From the NCBI RefSeq assembly GCF_009914755.1, contig NC_060929.1: a stretch of DNA of 64,000 nucleotides; one strand, given 5' to 3'. Source of the stretch: the human T2T-CHM13v2.0 reference genome, Homo sapiens. The notes under the pieces were generated by a model. It was given only the letters and a program-made list of their open reading frames with translations, searched no databases and was not told the DNA's origin. Below, in pieces: positions 44,680 to 57,829 of this stretch; the stretch's first letter is position 1; every line of letters starts with the position of its first letter. Made by a program: the position numbers and the translations under genes.

Positions 44680-44890
44680 GGGATAATAATAATAATTACA
44701 CTTATTGAATACTTTTACATTCATTCAGTATCTCATTTAATTCTCCTAACCTATCTAGGAAATCAGCATAATTATTTTCATTTTACAAATGAGAAAACCA
44801 AGGCAGGGAACCCAAGAACTTGTTAAAGGTAATATATTAGTCAGTGATTGAGCTACAACTCAAACGTAATTCTACTCCATACTGCATATT
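44680..44890 (-). mobile_element. MIR
   Basis: cattttacaaatgagaaaaccaaggc core. Confidence 0.7.
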
Positions 44891-44957
44891 GTTTCAGTTT
44901 ACAATAAAAATATTTATGCTTAAACAAACTGTATATAATCCAATTAATAAACCCTTC

Positions 44958-45159
44958 CTGGATTTCTCAAAGAACTAAAAATAGGACTACCATTCAACCC
45001 AGCAATCCTACCACTGGGTATCTACCCAAAAGAAAAGAAATTGTTATATCAAAAAGACACCTGCACACATATGTTTATTGCAGCATTATTCACAATAGCA
45101 AAATCACAAAATCAACCTAAGTGTTCATCAACAGAAGACTGGATAAACAAAATGTAGTG

Positions 45160-45163
<4 letters not shown>
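44958..45163 (+). mobile_element. L1PB/L1MA ORF2-end fragment
   Basis: accattcaacccagcaatcctaccactgggtatctacccaaa. Confidence 0.85.

Positions 45164-45257
<94 letters not shown>
45164..45257. repeat. Compound microsatellite (TA)20 - CATA/CA tract - (TA)10
   Basis: Directly visible. Confidence 0.97.
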
Positions 45258-45262
45258 CCGTG

Positions 45263-45765
45263 TGTATTAGGGTTCCCTAGAGGGACAGAACTACTAGGAC
45301 ACATATATATGTTTATTAATGTATAGTTTTAATTAATTAATTAATATTAATAATACTAATAATATTTATTTAATTAATTAATACTAATTAATAGTTTATT
45401 AACTATTAACTTATATGATCACAAGGTCCCACAGTAGGCTGTCTGCAAGCTTGAGGAGCAAGAAGAGCCAGTCTGAGTCTCAAAACTGATGAATGTGGAG
45501 TCCCATGTTTGAGGGCAGGGAGCATCCAGCATGGGAGAAAGACGTAAGCTGGGAGGCTAGGCAAGTCTCGCCTCTTCAGGTTTTTCTGCCTGCTTTATAT
45601 TCGCTGGCAGCTGAATAGATTGTGCCCACCAGATTAAGGATGGGTCTCCCTTCCCAAGCCCACTGACTCAAATGTTAATCTCCTTTGACAACATCCTCAC
45701 AGACATACCCAGGAACAATACTTTGCATCCTCCAATCAAGTTGACGCTCAGTATTAGCTATCACA
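45263..45765 (-). mobile_element. MLT2A1-type 3' LTR of HERV-L
   Basis: tgtattag..ggttccctagagggacagaact ... caatcaagttgacgctcagtattagctatcaca; adjoins HERV-L internal sequence. Confidence 0.9.
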
Positions 45766-46312
45766 AGTCCACCCCTTGTCAACTTGAACCCATATACAAC
45801 TCCTGAGATCATACATAATCTTCAAATAAAGACAATAATGAGTTCATAATTATGCCTAACATAATATAACTCTCCTTGGTACAACTGGAAACACACCAAT
45901 CCCCAACCCAAATACTATTACATAAAGTTAATAATACTTAAAAGCTGATATGAAGTCAATAAATCTTATGCCACATAATAAAGGAAAGTGAAATAAAATG
46001 AAGATATTTTCTTAGTACAAGTGTATACGTACACAAACATGTTTTTAACAAAAGTAGAAGGAAATACTCATGACAGTTACAGTCCTCGTTTCTGCAGCTG
46101 GTCACGTGGTAGTAGCTGGTATTGATGACTACCTTCTTCTACTACCCATTCTGTATATCCTTTGCCTTAGGCAAGCACCTCAGCAGGTCATGGTTTTATT
46201 CCTGGTGGAGTGACCCAAACCTTCATTCCTGTGGGGTCTGGACCATTTGTAGTCCTGCCTGGATTGGGCTGTTGTAGTTTCCTATTGACCTTAATCACAG
46301 GACATGGTAATA

Positions 46313-46600
46313 CTAAGAGACACCCCAATGGATCTCCTGTATTCCATGCCTGCTCTTCCTTACCTCTGTCGCGGAGTAGTAGACTGATTTCACCTTGATA
46401 GTTGGGTCAATCACTCCAGCCAACACTGTAACTCCCTTCTTAGCCTGTTGACTTAAAGGTAAGAGGAGCCCAAAGTGTCCAGGTGGCAATCTTAACTTCC
46501 AGTTTAATGGAATTGTTGTGTCTCCTGGTGGCAGTGTTCCTCCCTCTGGAACTAAGACCTCTAGGCCAGCAGAACGCAATGTCACAGAAACAGGAAGCAA
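46313..46600 (-). pseudogene. HERV-L dUTPase remnant
   Basis: IPLNWKLRLPPGHFGLLLP..KKGVTVLAGVIDP, then frameshift. Confidence 0.85.
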
Positions 46601-48341
46601 AATTTTGCTAGTGGATCACTAGGGGTGATGGTGAGTGATGCCACTTCCACTTCCACCCCTTGATTCCTGGACCCGTGAATCCTGGCTATGGGAGAAAGAG
46701 TACCATATATTGGACGCTGATTCAGAGCATACACGGCCTTCAGGAGAACTCTGCCCCAGCCCTGCAAAGTATTGTCACCTAGCTGGCATTGTAATTGTGA
46801 CTCCAAAAGGCCATTCCACTGTTCTATTAATCCAGCTGCTTCAGGATGATGAGGAACATGGCAACACCAGTGAATTCCATGAGCATGAGCCCACTGCCGC
46901 AAATTCTTTAGCCGTAAAGTGAGTGTCTTGGTCAGAGGCAATGCTGTGTGGAATACTATGATGGTGGATAAGGCATTCTGTAAGTCCACTAATGGTAGTT
47001 TTGGCAGAAACATTGTGTGCTGGATAGGCAAACCCATATCTGGAATAAGTGTCTATTCCAGTGAGGACAAACCTCTGCCCTTTCATTGATGGAAGAGGTC
47101 CAATATAATCAACCTGCCACCAGGTAGCTGATCACCCCAAGGAATGCTGCCATATCGAGGGCTCAGTGTTGGTCTCTGCTACTGGAAAATTGGGCACTCA
47201 GCAGTGGCCATAGCCAGGTCAGCCTTGGTAAGTGGAAGTCCATGTTGCTGAGCCCAGGCATAACCTCTGCCCCTGCCACCATGGCCACTTTGTTCATGGG
47301 CCCATTGGGCAACGACGGGGTGGCTGGGGAAAGAGGCTGAGTGGTGTCCACAGAACAGGTCATCCTATCGACTTGATTATTAAAATCTTCCTCTGCTGAG
47401 GTCACCCATTGGTGAGCACTCACATGGGATACAAATATCTTCACAGTTTTTGGCCACTCAGAGAGGTCCATCCACAAACCTCTTCCCCAAATTTCTGTGT
47501 CACCAATTTTCCAATCATGCTTCTACCAAGTCCCTGACCATCCAGCCAAACCACTGGCTACAACCCATGAATCAGTTTATAATCACACATCTGGCCATTT
47601 CTCCTTCCTTGCAAAGTGCACAGCCAGGTGCACTGCTTGAAGTTCTGCCCACTGGGAACATTTCCCTTCACCACTGTCCTTCAGGGATGTCCTAGAAAGG
47701 GGCTGTAGTACTGCAGCCGTCCACTTTCGGGTAGTGCTTGCATATCATGCAGAATCACCTGTGAACCAGGCCCTAGTCTTCTCTTCCTCTGTCAGCTGAT
47801 CATAGGGAACTCCCCACGAGGCCATTGGTGCAGACTGGAGGAGGGAAGGCAGGGTGGCAGGAGTGGAGACCATGGGCATTTGAGCCATTTCCTCATGTAA
47901 CTTACTTGTGCCTTCACAACCTGCTCAAGCCTGGTCATGTATATACCACTTCCATTTGATGATGGAATGCTGCTGTGCATGACCCACTTTATGGCTAGAT
48001 GGGTCAGAAAGCACCCAGTTCATGATAAGCAATTCAGGTTCCATGGTGACTTGATGACTCATAGTCAAACCCCCATAACTTGATGACTCATAGTCAAACC
48101 CCCATAAGAGTCCAAGGGCTGTCTCTCAAAAGGAGAGTAGTTATCTGCAGAAGATAGCAGGGCCTTGCCCCAAAATCTTAGAGGCCTCTGCTGTGATTCA
48201 CCTATGGCGGTCTGCCAAAGACTCCAAACAGCATCCCTATCTGCCACTTGACACCTCAAGCAGCATTGGATCTGCTGGGTCATATGGCCCAAGTGGCAGA
48301 GCAGTTTGCACGGCAGCCTGGACCTGTTGCAGAGCCTTCTC

Positions 48342-48890
48342 TTATTCTGGACCCCACTCAAAACTGGCAGCCTTTTGGGTCACTGGATAAATGGGCCAGA
48401 GTAACACACCCAAATGAAGAATGTGTTGCCTCCAAAATCCAAACAAGCCCACTAGGCATTGTGCCTCCTTCTTGGTTGTAGGAGGGGCCAAGTGCAACAA
48501 CTTATCCTTCACCTTAGAAGGAATGTCTCGACAGGCCCCACACCACTGGGCCCCTAGAAGTTTTACGGAGGTAGGAGGTCCCTGAATTTTAGTAGGATTT
48601 ATTTCCCATCCTCTGGCACACAAATGTCTCACCAATAAATCCAGTGTGTTTGCTACTTCTTGCTCACTGGATCCAATCAGCATAATGTCATCAATGCAAT
48701 GAGCCAGTATGATATCTTGCAGAAGCAAAAAGCGATCAAGGTCTCTCCGAATAATATTATGACACAAAGCCGGAGAGTTGATATGCCCCTGGGGTAGGAC
48801 ATTAAAGGTATATTGCTGGCCTTGCCAGGTGAAGACAAATTGCTTCTGGTGGGCCTTATGGACAGGTATTGAGAAAAAGACATTCGCCAA
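48342..48890 (-). pseudogene. HERV-L reverse transcriptase remnant
   Basis: ANVFFSIP, VLPQGHINSP, HCIDD (YXDD changed to CIDD). Confidence 0.9.
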
Positions 48891-50240
48891 GTCAATGACT
48901 GCATACTAGGTACCAGAAGATGTGTTAATTTGCTCAAACAATGAAACCACATCTGGTAAAGCAGCTGCAATTGGATTCACCACTTAGTTAAGCTTACAAG
49001 AATCCACTGCCATTCTCTGACTTCCATCTCTCTTATGCACAGGCCAAATGGGAACGTTCAATAGGGATGTGGTGGGAATCACCACCCCTGAGTCTTTCAA
49101 GTCCTTGATGGTGGCACTAATCTCCACAATCCCTCCAGGAATGCAATATTGTTTTTGATTTACTATTTTTCTAGGTACAGGCAGCTCTAATCGCTTCCCT
49201 TTGGCCTTTACCACCTTAGTAGCCCTTACCCTGACAGTCAGGAAGCCAGTGTGGGGGTTCTGCCAGCTGCTAAGTATGTTTATGCCAATTATGTATTCTG
49301 GCACTAGGGAAGTGACCATAGGATAAGTCCAGGGACCCACTGGACCCACTGTAAGTCAGACCTGAGCTAAACCTCCATCAATTACCTGACCTCCATAAGC
49401 CCCTACTTTAACTGGAAAACCACAATGACTTTTTGTGCCTCCTGGATTGACATCTGCTCAGAGCCAGTGTTCAGTAGTCCCCAAAATGTCTGATAATTTC
49501 CCTTTCCCTAAAGCACAGTGACCCTGGTAAAAGGCCAGAGGTCTCCTTCGGGAAGGATGGGAGAGAGATTCACCACGTAAATTGTCGGTAATGTAGTGGG
49601 GTCCTTCCTCAAGGGAACCCGGCTTCCCCTTCATTCAAGGGGTTCTGGGCACGTAGACTGGCTCAAGTCTGGAAATTGACTGACAGGCCGTGATTCTCTG
49701 TTTTTGTATTTCAAATTAGTCTTTTGTCCATTCGACCTAGAAGTTTTATCCTTATATAAATTAAATAGGAATGCAGTAGGCTTCCTATCAATTTTACTTC
49801 CAGGAACGCTGTGATTAATTAGCCAATGCCACAGCTCTACACAAGTTAGACTATTCTGATTGCTGCTTTGTCTCTGCTGTCCATTACAGTAGCTACGACC
49901 ACCTTGCCTTTGACGGTTGAGTGCTGTCACTTGGCCCCTGCCACCTCAAGATCCAATTATTCCCGTTGTCTTGTAGTTGAGTGACTGCGGTTCCCACTGT
50001 TCGATCTGACATACAGAGAACAGCAATTACAGGGCTCTCCAAAGATGCAGGTGCTGCCCTCACAAATCTTTCACAAGGCATTGGTTAAGGGTATATCTTC
50101 TGAACACTCCCAGCTGGGATGAGTAGGTCTAAAGTGACTAATCCACTCTACCATCCCAATCTCCCTAAGCCTTTGGATCTCTTCCTCTACATTAAACCAA
50201 GGAAGATCAGACATTTCCAGCTCACTCACAGTGGGCCATC

Positions 50241-53105
50241 ACCCTGGCACCTGGCTTTTTGAATACTTCAGAGGTCCCCTGAAGTGTCCAGAAAACAGAC
50301 GTAAACAGGATTAGTTGACGTGTTTAGGTACATGGGATTGCTAAAATGATGCTCCATCTTCTTAGGCTATATTTTTGTGAATAATATTAATATATGTTCC
50401 AAAATTGCATGAGATTTTCTAAAATTCGAATGTCTGAGTGTATGCTATCAATCATAATCAAGGTTTTTATGTTAAGTTATTGTAAACTATGGAGATAACC
50501 AAACTTCTTTGTCAATCGTGTTTCTAACTGTAACTACCTTGGACATTTTGCTATTCACAAGCAACTGTTGTCTCGTTTTAATCCCTTTCAAAGATGGTTT
50601 ATAATGAGCTATAGAACTTTAGCAGGTGCTCTCAAATACAGTTCTGATAACTTTAAAAATTAGCCATGATACAATTCAAATAAGTTCTTATAACCTTAAA
50701 AATTGTGACATTGGAATAAAGGAAAATGTACAGTACTCATAAAGAGCTGAAATATTCACGAATATCAAGCAAAACAAGAGTTAACTAAATGGACTGAACT
50801 CAGGAAGCTGAAGCAAATCTTTGTGACCTTTGCTTGGAATATTGCTGATCCTTGTTTTGTTTTTCAGAGTCAAGGAAATTTATTTTGAACTATTTATGGC
50901 ATTTAATAATTAAGGTATTAAGGTATACTCCTGGGATCAAAATTTGGAGCATGTTTGTTTCTCTCTGCCTCGTTCCTCTATAATTTGGAAACTGTCTGTA
51001 AGTATTCTTAACTTTATGGTGATACAGTTGTTTGTATCAGTGCAATAAGCATCCATTTTTCTTTTGCAACAGGATACAATTGGAGAAAGTGGTTATTTTA
51101 CCAAGGCTTTGACTGGAAGGATATGCTTCCCTTTAAGGAGTCAAGCTTGACTTACAGAGCTGATAGAAGCCCAGTGGGGAAACTGGCCTCATACCCTTGT
51201 CTATGCAGTCCCCGTACAGGGTTCCTGACCCGTGGTCAGTAAAGAATGTCACTTTCTAACAGGTCCAGGAGCTCCAAGTTTATTATGGGACCTTAAGAAG
51301 AAAAGATCATCCAACTCACAGGTGTTTGAGGATACAAACCCATGGTTAGGCTTGGCTTTAAAAGGTCTTATTTGAAATTCCTTGTGGAACTGAATTCCTT
51401 AAAAGCCAATCCAAAAGGCCTATGTAGAAATAATTATTCTTGCTATTTGTACTGTATGCAAAGAGTCAGGCCAAGCATAAAACTAAAGTCTATTTTGCAA
51501 ACTACCAGTCCTATGATGATTTATTTTTTAACAAACGAGGACTGGAGAGTGAGAAATCATGTTTCAAAACTTATATTTGTCATTAAATTCTAAACTCACT
51601 AGTTGTTTTTAAGTTTTCACCTACATTTTAGACTAACCCTACTTGTTCCGGTGAACCAACTGGCAGTCCCTGGCTGCAGCTCAGAAAGAACAAAAGGGAT
51701 GGGTGATGTAGAAATTTGGATCAATATTCTAGTTTTGAGCAATTATCCTGCAAATCCTGCCAGGTGATAGAATAAATAGGGTATAAATAGGGTGCCCATC
51801 ATCGGAGGTTTCCTTTTGGGGAAAGTAAAAACAAGGGAACTAACCAAAGCCAAGCACCATGGACCCAAATCCTAGCAAGCATAACAATAGCTATCAGTTA
51901 TCTGGATGTGTCACAAGATGTCCTTTCCTCTCCCTTGCTGGAGCACTCAGTTCCACAGTTTCACCTTAGCATTTGGCTTATGATAAGAAGTCCATGCAAC
52001 TCCCTCCGCAAGATACATTTTTGTCCCAAACTCAATTCCAAGCTTCAAGTCAAAGCCCTAGGAAATAAAACTGGATCAGAGGGATCCAGAAACAGATGAT
52101 AATGGAAGTTAAAAGGCACAGTGAACGTGAACATGACTGATTTCTCCCGATTAAGCCAACCCCAAGCTTCCTGTTTCATGGAGAAAGGCCACATAAATAT
52201 CCATGGCATAAATGAGGTATAGGGAACTTCAAGGCTACTGACAGCAGGGGAGATAGGGCATACGTGGGTAAGAGTGGATGATTCCTACCCCCTAGGGCCC
52301 CCTGCTTCATGGGTGCAAGTCGCTTTAACACCTATGGCCAGTTCTGCCAAGGTCGCCAGAACTCAGGGATGCAAGGACTGAAGATGAAAAGAAGACCCTC
52401 TTCTCTCTCTTCCTCATATACCCCGGGTATCTCCTAGGAAGAAAAAGGAACCATGGGTGCCTGGTCCCCTCTTTCTAGAGGGGTAGCCATTCATCTTCAG
52501 TCTGTACCCCTTTCAAATGCATTCTGAACCCCCGGGACCCCCTTGAAAAAATGCCTTCTTTTTTCCTTTCTCCTCCTCTGTCCTCTCTTCACTGACAGGT
52601 AATTGTGTCTCTGTAATATGGGACACTCCCCTCAGATGCATCCTGCAAACTGGAAAGAGTTAATTTCCCAAACCTTAAACTGGTTGGCCTAGGATTGGGC
52701 TCAGGCAGGGGAAGGGAACTCAGAAGCCCAACATGCTGGCAAGAGGGTGAAGTTTTTTTTTACCAGCTGGGCTTTTGCCCTCCCTTTCCCCATGCAAACT
52801 GGTAAAAGACCTCAGAGTTTTTCAGTTGTTCTTACCCGCCCCCACTTTGTTTTGTTTTGATACATGTTTTCTAATAACCTAGTTTTTCTGTTCTTGAGTT
52901 CAGGCCATCAAACTCCAAATGGTCATGCAATCAGAGCCTCTGATGATGACCCCTTCTGCTGGCGACCCTTAGATTGGCCTCTGAGGGAGCTCTGACTGCC
53001 AGTTCCCCAAAACAGTGCCCCCTGTCAGCAGGAAGCAGTTAAGATTGGTCTTTGTCCTTATGCTTAACCTAACGACAGTTAGATATACTTCTTTAGAGAG
53101 GGGAA
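50241..53105 (+). mobile_element. ERV1 MER4-group internal sequence (MER61-int-like), 5' part missing
   Basis: MER4-group motifs (ggagctccaagtttat..tgggaccttaag); gag-start and env-tail remnants; polypurine tract agagaggggaa before the LTR. Confidence 0.7.
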
Positions 53106-53369
53106 TGAGACAGCCAGGTAGGACAAGGTCTCTGGTGAAACTCCAACCAGCCTGCCCACTGGGGAGGAGACTTGGGAAGTTCACACCCTTTGCAGTGGGG
53201 AGGAGCCTCGCCCTTCCTCCTTCTGTGTGGAACCTGGGATTCGAACAATTTTCACCCGATAAAACCCTGCTTTATTTACCCTTTAAACTGTCTGCGAGCC
53301 TAAATTTTCATGGCCATGGGACAGACAAGAAGCCCGTCTTTAGCTGAACTAAGGAAAAGTCCTGCAACA
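53106..53369 (+). mobile_element. MER61-like ERV1 3' LTR, apparently internally deleted
   Basis: TGAGACAGCCAGGT...GAAACTCCAACCAGCCTGCCCACTG start and GCTGAACTAAGGAAAAGTCCTGCAACA end; TG..CA termini. Confidence 0.7.
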
Positions 53370-54892
53370 CTAGTGAGGTGTGGGGTGCTCTTTAAAAAGT
53401 GCAAGCAATTTTCTATCTCTATCAGTAAAGACATCAAATTACCTTTGGAAAACACTTCCATTGTTTTAGGAAAATCATTGGAACGGATCCTCTTCTGACC
53501 TGAAAGTAAAGCAAATATGCACACCATTTTTGAAGAAAATTGTCACCCATTAATCTAGATGGAAATGCCTCAAACTGACATATTACACATTTTGTTTACA
53601 AGTACAAATTGGCGTATATTTAGCAAGATTGTGCCCTTAAAAAGATTTTGTTTCCTAAATTTGATTTTTTTTAATGTGTGGTCTCTGCACATCATTCTTT
53701 GTTCTTGGAATGCATGTATGTATGTATGCGTGCACACACGCACACAAACACACACAAGTTCCATCTTAAAATTACTCATCAAAGATCAGGAGCAAAAATC
53801 AGATGATGAGAGGATGGACAGGGTGATATATCTTTACCATAAGCTTGGGGTAGGGATCTAAAAGAAGCCAGATGGGACATGCCAAAGTCTGCCCTGGACT
53901 GAAAACCCACATGTGGTGTTATTTCAGGTGGTATACCCTAGACCTTGGGAAATCTACTGTCAAATTTTGATTGCCCTGTCTGAGCTCACAGAGCCAGACC
54001 ACACACTGTGAGTAAGAGTAGTTTGCTCCTGAAGAAAATGGCTGTAAGGCTGAGGGAGGGAAGTTCTTATCTCTTGAGTGCCAGGAGCCCATCTGTCCTC
54101 TTGAGAAGGAGGGACATGGAAAGGCTGAGGAGCCCAAGACAAGGATCAGAGCCAGAAGGAAACCAGCTCTTAAAGGGCAAGACCTAGAAGCATGAGTGGA
54201 GCTAACCTGTCAATTATCCTCTTCTGTGTTGCAGTATCCCCAAGCTGTCTGAAGAAATTTTTCAGATACTGCTATCTGGTCTTACGCATGCTCTGTAAGG
54301 TTAAAGGAAACCTATGTGTCCATACTGGAATAAAGCAGGATGGAATGTAGAGAGCTGATGTAGTTCAGAGAAGTTAAGTGTGAGCTGGCAAGAGCTGGCT
54401 TACCTGGTGGTTATGAAGAAGCCATCTGGAGAAAGGAGGGCTGGTAGAGGTGACAAGTGACATCCAGGAGAGAGTAGTACAACATGTGAGCAAGACTGAG
54501 GAATTCCCAGAAATTACTTGGCAAGGAGAATCCAGTAGATGAATGAAATTCCAATGGCCTGTGGAGTGAGGGCTCAGACTTTATTAGCTACATATTAAAT
54601 GAGCTAATCCATGAGTAACAGAGACTGGAACATTCAGCAAATATTTCATGAACTCCTCAACATTTCCTAGCACCTGTGCAGACTAGGGCCATGTGACTAA
54701 TACTACTGCGTAGGCAGTGGGAGGAAGTGAAGAACCCAGGCACAATTTTGCGGGCACTCCTCCTATTTGAACGATGAATGTCTGTGATAAAGACAGTCAT
54801 AGAAAGAATAACATGTCTGTTCTTGACTCTCTTTTACAGGTCTTTATTTGAATCAAACTAGGGAGGAATAATGTTTTACCTATATCTAAACA

Positions 54893-55085
54893 TAGAGAGA
54901 GGACACTGGAAGCTAGAATCTGAAAAACTGAGTTGGTAACTGGTAAAATGGTGACTTCAGTTCTGGTGTCACAAGCAAGACCCAAATCTCTCTGAGCCTC
55001 CACCTCCTTTTGTAAAGGGGAAAGTAACATGTACTTCACAGTGCTGTTCTGAGTGTGTCAGTTAGCCTTGTAAATGCATTGCTTA
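54893..55085 (+). mobile_element. MIR
   Basis: aatctctctgagcctccacctccttttgtaaagggg core. Confidence 0.65.
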
Positions 55086-55368
55086 CAGGTAAGTTATGAT
55101 TACAAATGAGCAGGCTTTTAAGTCCTCAGCTGGTTTTCTGCCCCAATCAGAATGAAATTGGCATGAAACACAAAGGTGAAGAGGCCTCCTCCACTGCATT
55201 CAGCCCTTGCCACTCCATGTTTTTCCCTTGTCTTTCTAAGGATTTACTTAGATGCATTTACACCAGTTTAACAGTGGAAATTTCCTTTGTAGAGGCCCAA
55301 GTGTAGCTAGAAAACCCTCAGACATCAATCAACTTAGCCCATAACAGGTAGCTTGCTTCTTTTGATAA

Positions 55369-55737
<369 letters not shown>

Positions 55738-57413
55738 TAATCACCTTGGTTTCCTATAATAGACTAGAATGGACTGGGTTTATAATAAGATATAAGTGAT
55801 CACATGAATTCTTTGCAATCATGTAATAGTTCCAATGGTGGAAAAGATATTTATTTTTATGGACATCTCTTTTTCCCCTTTCAAAGATGACAGTGGTAAT
55901 AATACATTCAGCACTCTGGCTGAGCAAACGGACTCAGGGCTGCCAGCTTTTCAACACTGTGTGTGTATATATGGCTTCTGTTTTCAGGGTAGCAGGTTCA
56001 GCTCCTACTTCAAGGACCTTTCCATGTTGACAGTACTTTGTTACCTGAACTACAAGGCACCTTTGCCCCGAGTGAGTAGGTCTGTTCATTTATCTATTGC
56101 TGTAATTTCCCAGCAATCAGCAAGTTCCAGCTCCTTCTCTAATGATGACTGTGTTTTTTATTTGCCAGGCAGCAGGCAGTATTTATCAATTTCCCTGGTG
56201 CTTGCTTTTAAGTGATCACTGATCTATAATTCCTCTTTAGTTTATCACTCAGGTCTACTTTATAAGATGACTATTTATGAGGCAATATGAATGTTGGCTG
56301 GCCTTGGACAGCTACAGCAACAGTTCATTTCAAGTGTCCCATTGTTATAAATACATTTTGCTCTCAACTCAACTCATCACAAAGTGGAAATAAATAGAAC
56401 AATGAATTTTCTCCATAGCTTTTCAGTTCTGTGAGCTTGTCTTATCTGGGCTTTTACTTCCCTGTCAGCCTGCAAGTAAACTCTCACCTTATAAGACACC
56501 AAGAAATCATTACTGGTTCTTTCTGAGATTCCAAACATTAGAATCAAAAACATATGAAATGTCTGGCGGGTATGTATTCAAATACAAGGATTAAATTGCA
56601 GTGCTGCAAAAATAAACATTTATAAGATTTTTCAAATACTCTTTGTCTTTTTTCCCCCAAATATAATTTGCATTTGCTAAATTTCTTTTGTGTTTTTTTA
56701 AACGTCTTGACATTTGAATCTCATGAGAGTCTATTAGGTGTTCCTTAATAAATTATTCTAAATCTCATTAATTTCTTATCTTCAAGGTGCTTCTTTTAAC
56801 GAAAGAGCATTGAATTGTAAATCCTTTTCAAGGTATTTCTTAGGAGATACTGCTTTGTGACCTTTATGGCCATTATTTTGGCAGAACTGTTATAAAAATA
56901 AACTTAGTTCCGAGAGTGTTTAAACAAGAAGAATGTACTTCGGCTAACTTTCCATCTAAAATCATTCAAAATATACTCCAAGGATAGAGAAGAACCATTT
57001 TGTTTAGAAAGTCAATCTTTTTAATTCTGCTTTTTTTTTTTTTTTCTGGGTAGACTAAACAAATAAGTCACCAGAGGCACTGTGCATTTTTTTCTATTCC
57101 TTTCTCTTGGGATGAAATATGAAATAATCTACAAAGTAATTTGATCCAGCAATTAAAAACAAGGACATGAATTACACTAACAACTGTCACATAGAAAGAA
57201 TTAATTCCCTCATAACACTGCTTGATGTTACAGACCCAGGGTGATTACAAACAGATTATAATTGGAAAAGAGCCAAACCAATTCAGGTATCTCCAAAACA
57301 CAGGCGTAAGCCTCAACTCGCAAATAGAGAACATTTTTTACTACCCACAGGAGTATCTTTTTGCAACTGGTGCTCGGATGTTTACCTAGCGATTACTCAA
57401 GGCACCCAGTGAT

Positions 57414-57434
57414 GCAGCCGTCCAAGGTACTGTA
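57414..57434 (-). promoter_or_regulatory. Putative RE1/NRSE (REST) site
   Basis: TACAGTACCTTGGACGGCTGC vs consensus TTCAGCACCACGGACAGCGCC, 14/21 identity with canonical spacing. Confidence 0.4.
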
Positions 57435-57829
57435 TGTGGCAATGCCACTGATCCTTGCTGGAAAGCATAACAGCTTCTGGAGGCTGTGTTTCTAGAAATG
57501 ATGTCCTCTGAGTGCGGACTGCTGGCTGGTTGTGTTTAGTTGTACAGTATGTCATTCTAAATAATGGACATTAGCTGGTGGTTGTGTCATTGGACAAAGG
57601 AGGTAGAAGATACTGATGCCTGATGATTATTGGTAGAAATTTCATTTTCTTAATGGCATGCAGGTTTCATGGCCCCTTTCTGATACTTCATCATTTCTGG
57701 TTTAAGGCAAGGTAGAAAAGCTCCTTACTGAAGAGAACTGTTGTATTCTGGTACTGTGGGAAGAACTTAATTTGGGGAGTTAGAAAATCTAGGGTGCTCC
57801 CCCCACTTATAAAAGGGGTACTAAGTAAT

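Larger units (their letters stand above)
45766..50240 (-). mobile_element. HERV-L internal region (partial gag, pro, RT, RNase H, IN, dUTPase; no env), 5' part missing
   Basis: ORF fragments 46313..46600 (dUTPase), 46582..47086 (IN), 47163..47477 (RNase H), 48342..48890 (RT), 49631..50081 (gag); dUTPase after IN is the ERV-L hallmark. Confidence 0.95.

Noticed and set aside
53780-54670. Purine-rich stretch resembling an ancient LTR
   Set aside because: I could not assign a family or termini.
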